Shown in pieces: positions 18,729 through 25,416 of a stretch of 45,039 bases of DNA. A program made the position numbers and the translations under genes. The DNA comes from Pseudonocardiaceae bacterium. Its GTDB lineage: Bacteria > Actinomycetota > Actinomycetes > Mycobacteriales > Pseudonocardiaceae. The stretch covers positions 1 to 45,039 of the forward strand of contig DASXTS010000392.1 of assembly GCA_036505275.1 (NCBI GenBank), in the 5' to 3' direction. Position 1 is the first letter of the stretch; each line of letters opens with the position of its first letter. The notes under the pieces are model-generated. The model searched no databases. It worked only from the letters and a program-made list of their open reading frames with translations, and had not been told where the DNA came from.

Positions 18729-18767
18729 TGAAGCGAGCTTGACGGTGTCCGAGCAACGGCGAGTGCG

Positions 18768-18773
18768 TAGCGT
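18768..18773 (+). promoter_or_regulatory. -10 hexamer TAGCGT for the leaderless AAA+ gene
   Basis: gcgTAGCGT-ggacgcc-GTG, giving a 7-nt spacer to GTG 18781. Confidence 0.4.
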
Positions 18774-18780
18774 GGACGCC

Positions 18781-20199
18781 GTGAGCAGGCTGGTCAGCCC
18801 CCCGCCCGAGCTACCGGCAACCGCTGGTGCGTTGCGTGCCGCCGGGCATGTGCACCGCGGCGTCAAGGCGGAGCTGCGGGACAACCTCCTGGCGCGGCTG
18901 CGCGCCGGCACCGACCCGTGGCCCGGCATCGTGGGGTTCGAGCGCACCGTCCTGCCGCAGCTGGAGCGCGCCCTGCTGGCCGGGCACGACCTCGTGCTGC
19001 TCGGCGAGCGCGGTCAGGGCAAGACCCGGCTGCTGCGGGCCCTGACCAACCTGCTGGACGAGTGGACCCCCGTGATCGACGGCGCCGAGCTGGGCGAGCA
19101 TCCGTTCGACCCGATCACCCCCGAGTCCCGCCGGCGGTCGCTGGAGCTGGGCGACGAGCTACCGGTGGCCTGGCGGCACCGCAGCGAGCGGTACTCCGAG
19201 AAGCTGGCCACGCCGGACACCAGCGTCGGTGATCTGGTCGGCGACGTGGATCCGGTGAAGGTCGCCGCCGGCCGCAGCCTGGGCGACCCGGAGACCATTC
19301 ACTACGGGCTGGTGCCGCGGGCGCACCGCGGTGTGCTGGCCGTCAACGAGCTGCCCGACCTCGCCGAACGCATCCAGGTGGCGCTGCTCAACGTGATGGA
19401 GGAGCGGGACATCCAGATCCGCGGCTACACCCTGCGCCTGCCGCTGGACGTGCTCCTGGTGGCCAGCGCCAACCCGGAGGATTACACCAACCGCGGGCGG
19501 ATCATCACCCCGCTCAAGGACCGGTTCGGCGCCGAGATCCGCACCCACTACCCGCTCACCGTTGAGGCGGAAATGGCGGTGGCCCACCAGGAGGCCACCC
19601 TGGTCGCCGAGGTGGGGGACCACCTGGTGGAGGTGCTCGCCCGGTTCGTGCGGCTGCTGCGCGAGTCCTCGGCGATCGACCAGCGATCCGGGGTCTCCGC
19701 CCGGTTCGCGATCGCCGGCGCCGAGGTGGTGGCCGCCGCCGCGCTGCGCCGCTCCGCGCTGGTCGGCGAGCGGCCGCCGGTGGCCCGCGTGGTGGATCTT
19801 GAGGCCGTCCCGGGCGTGCTGCGCGGCAAGCTGGAGTTCGAGCCGGGCGAGGAGGGCCGCGAGCAGGAGCACCTCACCCACCTGCTGCGCCGGGCCATCG
19901 CGGACACCGCACGGGCCCATTTCGGTGGGCTGGACCTGGCGCCGCTGGCCCTCGCGGTGGGCGCCGGGCACCCGGTGACAACGGGGGAGCGGGTGCCCGC
20001 GGCCGCGGTGCTCGCCGCGCTGCCCGAGCTGCCGGTGCTGCACGAGGTGGCCCGCCGGCTGGGGGTGAAGCCGTCCGACCCGCCGGGCCGCATCGCCAGC
20101 GCGGTCGAGCTCGCGCTGGAGTCGCTCTACCTGCGCCGCCGGCTGGCCAAGGACGCAGCCGACGGCCCGGACGGCGGCACCACGGTGTACCGGTCATGA
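18781..20199 (+). CDS. AAA+ ATPase (Mg-chelatase/sigma54-activator-like ATPase core)
   Basis: Walker A GERGQGKT and Walker B VLAVNELPD. This is only the C-terminal ~470 codons of the 1218-aa track ORF. The start at 18781 is chosen from the -10 spacing; 18745, 18763 and 18772 are alternatives. Confidence 0.75.
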   Translation: MSRLVSPPPELPATAGALRAAGHVHRGVKAELRDNLLARLRAGTDPWPGIVGFERTVLPQLERALLAGHDLVLLGERGQGKTRLLRALTNLLDEWTPVIDGAELGEHPFDPITPESRRRSLELGDELPVAWRHRSERYSEKLATPDTSVGDLVGDVDPVKVAAGRSLGDPETIHYGLVPRAHRGVLAVNELPDLAERIQVALLNVMEERDIQIRGYTLRLPLDVLLVASANPEDYTNRGRIITPLKDRFGAEIRTHYPLTVEAEMAVAHQEATLVAEVGDHLVEVLARFVRLLRESSAIDQRSGVSARFAIAGAEVVAAAALRRSALVGERPPVARVVDLEAVPGVLRGKLEFEPGEEGREQEHLTHLLRRAIADTARAHFGGLDLAPLALAVGAGHPVTTGERVPAAAVLAALPELPVLHEVARRLGVKPSDPPGRIASAVELALESLYLRRRLAKDAADGPDGGTTVYRS

Positions 20200-22163
20200 C
20201 GGTGCCGGACAGCTATTCCTACGGCCCGTGGCACGGCGGGCCGGATCCGCTCGCGCCGCCGATCGACCTGCGGGCCGCGGTGGACGCCATCGGCCAGGAC
20301 GTGATGGGTGGATCCAGCCCGGCGGCCGCGCTCCGCGAGCTGCTGCGCCGCGGCGTCGGCCAGCAGCACGGGCTGGACGAACTGAGCCGGCGGCTGTGGC
20401 AGCGGCGCGCGCAGATCCAACGCACCCACCGGCTGGACGGCACCCTGCAGGAGATCCGCGAGCTGCTGGACCGCGCGCTGGCCGCCGAGCGCCGCGAGCT
20501 GTTCAAGGACCCGTCCGACGACGCCAGATTCCGCGAGGCGCAGCTGGACAACCTGCCGCCGGGCACCGCGGGCGCCGTGCAGGAGCTGGCCGACTACGAC
20601 TGGCGTTCGCCGCAGGCCCGCGAGGACTACCAGCGCATCCGCGACCTGTTGGGCACCGAGCTGATGGACGCCCGGTTCAAGGGCATCAAGCAGGCCATGC
20701 AGCAGGTGCGCCCGGAGGACGTCGAGCGGATCGGCCGGATGCTGGCCGCGCTCAACGAGCTGCTCGCCGCGCACGCCCGCGGCGACACGCGCACGCCGGA
20801 GATGTTCCGGCGGTTCATGGCCGAGTACGGCGAGTTCTTCCCGGAGAACCCGCGCACGGTGGATGAGTTGATCGACGCGTTGGCCGCGCGGTCGGCCGCG
20901 GCGCAGCGGATGTTCAACTCGATGACCGCGGAGCAGCGTGCCGAGCTGCTGGCGCTCTCCCAGCAGGCGTTCGGCGACCCGCGGCTGGCCGCCCAGCTGG
21001 CTCAGTTGGACGCCGCCCTGCAGGCCCTGCGACCGGGGCAGGACTGGACCTCCTCGGCTCGGTTCCGCGGCCAGCACCCGCTCGGGCTAGGCGAGGGCGC
21101 GCAGGCCATGGAGGACCTCGCCGAGCTGGACGCGCTCGCCGAGCAGCTGGCCCAGGGCTACCCGGGCGCCCGGCTGGAGGACCTCGACCTCGACGCGCTC
21201 GCCCGCCAGCTCGGCGATGAGGCCAGGGTGGACGCCAGGACGCTGGCTCAGTTGGAGCGCGAGCTGCACCGCCAGGGCCTGTTCACCCGAGCCCCCGACG
21301 GCACCCTGCGGCTGTCCCCGAAGGCCCTTCGCCGGCTCGGCGAGTCGGCCCTTGGCGACATCGTGCGGCGGCTGCGCACGGGCCGCGGGGAGCGCGACGC
21401 CCGCCGCGCCGGCGCCGCCGGGGAGCCGACCGGGGCCAGCCGGCTCTGGCAGTTCGGCGACAGCGAGCCGTGGGACACCCCGCGCACCGTTGGCAACGCC
21501 GTACTCCGGGTGGCCGGCACACCCGCGGTATCCACAGGTGGCCTGCGGCTCGCCGCGGAGGACATCGAGGTGGTGGAGACCGAGCTGCGCTCGCGGGCCG
21601 CGGTGGCGTTGTGCGTCGACACGTCGTGGTCCATGGTCTCGGAGGGGCGCTGGCTGCCGATGAAGCGCACCGCGCTGGCGCTGCACCACCTGATCCGTAC
21701 CCGGTTCCGCACCGACGCGCTGCAACTGATCACGTTCGGCCGGCACGCGAGCACGGTGGACATCGCCGAACTGACCGCGTTGGACGGTGTCTGGGAGCAG
21801 GGCACCAACCTGCACCACGCACTGCTCCTGGCCGGAGCCCACCTGCGCCGCCATCCGGACGCCGAACCGGTCGTGCTCGTGGTCACCGACGGTGAGCCGA
21901 CCGCCCACCTGGAGCGGGACGGCCACGCCGAGTTCCACTACCCGCCGCTGCCGCAGACCCTCGCCCGCACGCTCAACGAGGTGGACGCCCTGGCCAGGCT
22001 CGGCGCCGGCGTCACGGTGTTCATGCTCGGTGACGACCCCAGACTGGCCGCGTTCGTCGACCTGGTGGCCCGCCGCAGCGGCGGCCGGGTAATCGCCCCT
22101 GACCTCGACGGCCTCGGCGCCGCCGTCGTCTCCGACTACCTGCGGGCCAGGCGCCGGAGATAA
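20196..22163 (+). CDS. von Willebrand factor A (VWA) domain protein with a long helical N-terminal region
   Basis: ATGA overlap with the AAA+ gene. MIDAS-like motif in CVDTSWSM (DxSxS) and a later VVTDGEPT stretch in the C-terminal domain. Confidence 0.8.
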   Translation: MTVPDSYSYGPWHGGPDPLAPPIDLRAAVDAIGQDVMGGSSPAAALRELLRRGVGQQHGLDELSRRLWQRRAQIQRTHRLDGTLQEIRELLDRALAAERRELFKDPSDDARFREAQLDNLPPGTAGAVQELADYDWRSPQAREDYQRIRDLLGTELMDARFKGIKQAMQQVRPEDVERIGRMLAALNELLAAHARGDTRTPEMFRRFMAEYGEFFPENPRTVDELIDALAARSAAAQRMFNSMTAEQRAELLALSQQAFGDPRLAAQLAQLDAALQALRPGQDWTSSARFRGQHPLGLGEGAQAMEDLAELDALAEQLAQGYPGARLEDLDLDALARQLGDEARVDARTLAQLERELHRQGLFTRAPDGTLRLSPKALRRLGESALGDIVRRLRTGRGERDARRAGAAGEPTGASRLWQFGDSEPWDTPRTVGNAVLRVAGTPAVSTGGLRLAAEDIEVVETELRSRAAVALCVDTSWSMVSEGRWLPMKRTALALHHLIRTRFRTDALQLITFGRHASTVDIAELTALDGVWEQGTNLHHALLLAGAHLRRHPDAEPVVLVVTDGEPTAHLERDGHAEFHYPPLPQTLARTLNEVDALARLGAGVTVFMLGDDPRLAAFVDLVARRSGGRVIAPDLDGLGAAVVSDYLRARRRR

Positions 22164-22216
22164 CCGGCCGGCTGTGCACCGTCCCACCGCGGCCACCAGC
22201 ACGCGGTCACCTGAGG

Positions 22217-22743
22217 ATGTTCCCGGCGGTGCTGCTGATCGGCTGCCTGGTGGTCGGCGCGGTCGGTGGCCCGTACGAGGGACGCCTCGACGAGGTGCAG
22301 CGCAACGACAACGCGGCGTGGCCTCCGGCCAGCGCCGAGAGCACCCAGGTCGCCGAGATCCAGAAGCGGTTCACCGACACGGAGATGCTGCCCGCGATCG
22401 CGGTGTACGAACGCCCCGGCGGGGTCACGCTCGCCGATACCGCCGCGGTGGCCACCCGGGCCAGGGCAGTGGCCGCCATCCTCGTGGTGGTCTTCGTCGT
22501 GCTCGCGCTGCTGCTGCGCGCCCTGGTCGCCCCGGTGCTGCTGATCGCCACGGTGGTGCTGTCCTTCGCGGCCACCATCGGCGTTTCGGCGCTGGTGTTC
22601 AACCACGTGTTCGACATCCCGCGTGCCGCCTTCCTGGTCGGCTTCGGGTGCTCCTCGACGCCCTCGTGGTGCGCTCGCTGCTGGTACCGGCGCTCACCGT
22701 GGACGTCGGCCCCCGCGTCTGGTGGCCCGCCCGGGTGGATTAG
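22217..22743 (+). pseudogene. collapsed MMPL/RND-type transporter remnant
   Basis: MMPL N-terminal periplasmic-loop sequence (VQRNDNAAWPPASAESTQVAEIQKRF...AVYERPGG) runs directly into late TM-helix sequence. After a frameshift it ends with the MMPL C-terminal motif [27 protein letters not shown]. The remnant totals about 175 codons, far shorter than my recollection of intact MMPL transporters (several hundred to ~1000 aa). Confidence 0.6.
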
Positions 22744-22788
22744 TCGTGAGTGGCAAATGGCGTTCTGGCACCATTTGCCACTCACGAC
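22743..22788. repeat. 46-bp inverted-repeat element, copy 1 (perfect 18-bp arms GTCGTGAGTGGCAAATGG, 10-nt centre)
   Basis: Read directly. The right arm ends 7 nt before the mshC -10 hexamer. Confidence 0.9.
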
Positions 22789-22795
22789 CCAGCCG

Positions 22796-22801
22796 TAGGC
22801 T
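22796..22801 (+). promoter_or_regulatory. -10 hexamer TAGGCT for leaderless mshC
   Basis: ccgTAGGCT-gagcctc-ATG, giving a 7-nt spacer to ATG 22809. Confidence 0.5.
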
Positions 22802-22808
22802 GAGCCTC

Positions 22809-24047
22809 ATGCGCTCATGGCCGACGGCGCCGGTACCGCGCCTGCCGGGCATGCCGCGGCCGCTGCGGCTGTACGACACCGCGACCGCGGCGCTGCGGCC
22901 GACCGCGCCGGGTCACACGGCCGGGATGTACGTCTGTGGCATCACGCCGTACGACGCCACTCATCTTGGGCACGCGGCCACCTACCTGGCGTTCGACCTG
23001 GTGCACCGGGTGTGGCTGGACAACGGGCACGACGTGCATTACGTGCAGAACGTCACCGACATCGATGACCCGCTGCTGGAGCGGGCCGAGCGCGACGGCG
23101 AGGACTGGATCGTGCTCGGCATGCGGGAGACGGCGCTGTTCCGCGAGGACATGGCGGCGCTGCGGGTGCTGGCGCCGCGGGACTACATCGGCGCGGTCGA
23201 GGCCATGCCGGAGATCATCGAGATGATCACCAAGCTGATCGCCTGCGGCGCGGCCTACCGGGTCGAAGACCCGACGTACCCGGACGTGTACCACGACCAC
23301 CGCGCGACCGCCGAGTTCGGCTACGTGTCGCGCTGCGACGAGGCCACCATGCGGCGGCTGTTCGCCGAGCGCGGTGGCGACCCCGACCGGCCGGGTAAGC
23401 GGCATCCGCTGGACGCGCTGCTCTGGCGGGTGGCCCGCGCCGGGGAGCCGTGTTGGGAGAGCGACCTGCGCGCCGGCCGGCCGGGCTGGCACGTGGAGTG
23501 CGCCGCGATCGCGATCAACCGCCTCGGCACCGGGTTCGACGTCCAGGGCGGCGGCAGCGACCTGGCCTTTCCGCACCACGAGTTCAGCGCGGCGCACGCC
23601 GAGGCGCTCACCAGCGACCACCCCTTCGCGCGCCACTACTGCCACGCCGGCATGATCGCCCTGAGCGGCGAGAAGATGTCCAAGTCGCGCGGCAACCTGG
23701 TCTTCGTCTCACGGCTGCGTGGCGAGGGCGTCGACCCCATGGCCATCCGCCTCGCCCTGCTGTCCGGCCACTGGCGCACCGACCGCTCGTGGACGCCCGA
23801 CCTGCTCGGTGCGGCCCACGACCGCCTGGCCCGCTGGCGCGAGGCCGTGTCACTGGACGCCGGCCCGGACGCCGCACCCCTGGTTTCCCGCCTGCGCGAC
23901 CACCTCGGCGACGACCTCGACACTCCCCGCGCGCTGGCCGCGGTGGACGCCTGGGCCGCCCACGCCCTCACTCGCCACGGCCGCGACGCCGCCGCCCCCG
24001 CTCTGGCCCGCACCGCCATCGACGCCCTCCTCGGCATCGCCCTCTAA
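22809..24047 (+). CDS. mshC: L-cysteine:1D-myo-inositol 2-amino-2-deoxy-alpha-D-glucopyranoside ligase
   Basis: CysRS-like class I core with [16 protein letters not shown] (HIGH motif) and KMSKSRGN, but no anticodon-binding extension. At 412 aa the length is typical of MshC. Confidence 0.9.
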   Translation: MRSWPTAPVPRLPGMPRPLRLYDTATAALRPTAPGHTAGMYVCGITPYDATHLGHAATYLAFDLVHRVWLDNGHDVHYVQNVTDIDDPLLERAERDGEDWIVLGMRETALFREDMAALRVLAPRDYIGAVEAMPEIIEMITKLIACGAAYRVEDPTYPDVYHDHRATAEFGYVSRCDEATMRRLFAERGGDPDRPGKRHPLDALLWRVARAGEPCWESDLRAGRPGWHVECAAIAINRLGTGFDVQGGGSDLAFPHHEFSAAHAEALTSDHPFARHYCHAGMIALSGEKMSKSRGNLVFVSRLRGEGVDPMAIRLALLSGHWRTDRSWTPDLLGAAHDRLARWREAVSLDAGPDAAPLVSRLRDHLGDDLDTPRALAAVDAWAAHALTRHGRDAAAPALARTAIDALLGIAL

Positions 24048-24053
24048 CCCGGC

Positions 24054-24440
24054 GTGTCCGCGCGCCCCTACACGCGTGTCCGCGCGCCCGACCACGTGTG
24101 TCCGCGTGCCCGTACCGGCGTGTCCGCGTGCCCAGACACGTGTGTCCGCGTGCCCAGACACTTGTGTTGGCGCGTGCGGACACAGAGCGGGCCCAGGCGG
24201 CGCGAACATGTGCCAGTCGCGCGGACACGCCCGTCCGCGGACACGCCCATCCGGATTGGCGGACACGCCCATCCGGATTGGCGGACACGCGTTCAGATGC
24301 GGGGACGTACGCGTGCCGAAGCGCGGACACACGTGTCTGTTCGCGCGGACACGCGGTCGCACACCCACCGAACCGGAACTCATACAACCACGAACAGGTG
24401 TGTCGGAAGTCCCAGCTCATGTGTCCGAACACGCGGACAC
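24054..24440. repeat. phased 22-bp repeat array with core GTGTCCGCG: about 6 forward units followed by about 8 or more reverse units
   Basis: Forward cores start at 24054, 24076, 24098, 24120, 24142 and 24164 (degenerate), which is exactly 22 bp apart. Reverse cores (CGCGGACAC) are at 24220, 24236, 24258, 24280, 24322, 24344 and 24432, spaced 22 bp or multiples of it. The reverse half includes a 2.3 x perfect 22-mer, GGACACGCCCATCCGGATTGGC. Confidence 0.9.
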
Positions 24441-24453
24441 GCGGGAGACCGGG

Positions 24454-25374
24454 CTAGCGGCCGGGGCGGGACGGGGGCTGGGGGCCGAAGCCGCGGCCAC
24501 CGCCGTTACCGGGGCCACGGCGGCGTAGGTAGCGCTCGAACTCGGCCGCTATGGCGTCCCCAGACGCCTCCGTGAGGTTGAGCTCCGCGTCGCCGCGCTC
24601 CTCGAGGGAGCGCACGTAGTTCGAGACGTCCTCGTCCTCCTCGGCCATCTCCGAGACGGTGCGCTCCCACTCCTCGGCCTGCTCGGGCAGCGCCCCCAAG
24701 GGGACCTCGAGGTCGAGCACCTCCTCGACCCGGTGCAGCAGCGCCAGGGTCGCCTTGGGCGAGGGCGGCTGCGACACGTAGTGCGGCACCGCCGCCCAGA
24801 ACGAGATGGCCGGCACCCCGGACTGCACACAGGCGTCCTGGAACGCGCCGACAATCCCGGTCGGCCCCTCGTACCGGGATCGTTCCAACCCGAAGCGGGC
24901 CGCGGACGCCGCGTCGTAGGAGGTGCCGGTGACCGGCACCGGCCTGGTGTGCGGCGTGTCGGCGAGCAGTGCCCCCAACGACACCACGGTGGTGATGCTG
25001 AGCCGGTCGACGAAGGACAGCAGCTCCCGGCAGAACGCCCGCCACTTCATGTTGGGCTCGATGCCGTGCACCAGCACCACGTCGAACTCCGAGCCGGGCG
25101 GCCGGCACACCGCGAGCCGGGTGGTCGGCCAGACGATCCGGCGGGTGATCCCGTCGATCATGCGCACGGTCGGCCTGGTGACCTGGAAGTCGTAGTAGTC
25201 ATCCGGGTCGAGCTCGGCCAGCGGGGTGGCGTCCCAGGTCAGGTGCAGATGTTCGATCGCGGTGCTGGCCGCGTCGCCGGCGTCGTTCCAGCCCTCGAAC
25301 GCGGTCACCATGACCGGGTCGGTCAGCGAGGGCAGCTCGGATGAGCCAGCGCGGTCCGGCGAAGCATCTGTCAC
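24454..25374 (-). CDS. PAC2 (proteasome assembly chaperone 2) family protein
   Basis: MVTAFEGWNDAGDAAS... and the acidic C-terminal tail are typical of actinobacterial Rv2125-like PAC2 proteins. Confidence 0.8.
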   Translation of the reverse strand: MTDASPDRAGSSELPSLTDPVMVTAFEGWNDAGDAASTAIEHLHLTWDATPLAELDPDDYYDFQVTRPTVRMIDGITRRIVWPTTRLAVCRPPGSEFDVVLVHGIEPNMKWRAFCRELLSFVDRLSITTVVSLGALLADTPHTRPVPVTGTSYDAASAARFGLERSRYEGPTGIVGAFQDACVQSGVPAISFWAAVPHYVSQPPSPKATLALLHRVEEVLDLEVPLGALPEQAEEWERTVSEMAEEDEDVSNYVRSLEERGDAELNLTEASGDAIAAEFERYLRRRGPGNGGGRGFGPQPPSRPGR

Positions 25375-25380
25375 GCGGCC

Positions 25381-25386
25381 AGCCTA
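25381..25386 (-). promoter_or_regulatory. -10 hexamer TAGGCT for the leaderless PAC2 gene
   Basis: Minus strand: tcgTAGGCT-ggccgc-GTG, giving a 6-nt spacer to GTG 25374. Confidence 0.45.
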
Positions 25387-25403
25387 CGACCATGGCGAGT
25401 CTC

Positions 25404-25409
25404 TACGCT
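25404..25409 (+). promoter_or_regulatory. -10 hexamer TACGCT for leaderless metH
   Basis: tcTACGCT-ggtagcc-ATG, giving a 7-nt spacer to ATG 25417. Confidence 0.45.
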
Positions 25410-25416
25410 GGTAGCC

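Noticed and set aside
16543-18755. The first ~740 codons of the 1218-aa plus-strand ORF (16543..20199).
   Set aside because: This part is antisense to a well-supported GH15 gene. It is Arg/Gly/Pro/Ala-rich low-complexity sequence typical of GC-rich shadow frames. Recognisable AAA+ sequence begins only around 18781.
22765-22780. A sigma-54-like TGGCAC...TTGC inside the 46-bp inverted repeat.
   Set aside because: The spacing is wrong: 3 nt between TGGCAC and TTGC instead of about 5. Actinomycetota also generally lack RpoN.
24054-24440. The 22-bp array interpreted as a CRISPR array or as an oriC DnaA-box cluster.
   Set aside because: It is not a CRISPR array because the units abut with no unique spacers, they flip orientation, and no cas genes are present. 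It is not convincing as oriC because the core GTGTCCGCG matches the actinobacterial DnaA box TTGTCCACA at only about 6 of 9 positions. In addition, no dnaA/dnaN context or AT-rich unwinding element is present.
23450-24575. Several overlapping ORFs on both strands across the 22-bp repeat array (23450..24457, 23719..24528, 24054..24575, 23850..24383, 23968..24432).
   Set aside because: They are produced by the repeat itself. A 22-bp period cannot encode a periodic protein. All are Arg/Pro/Cys/Thr-rich and overlap one another in every frame.
25375-25416. A possible cobalamin riboswitch upstream of metH.
   Set aside because: Only 42 bp separate metH from the divergent PAC2 gene, which is far too short for a B12 riboswitch. 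The region is fully accounted for by two -10 hexamers.
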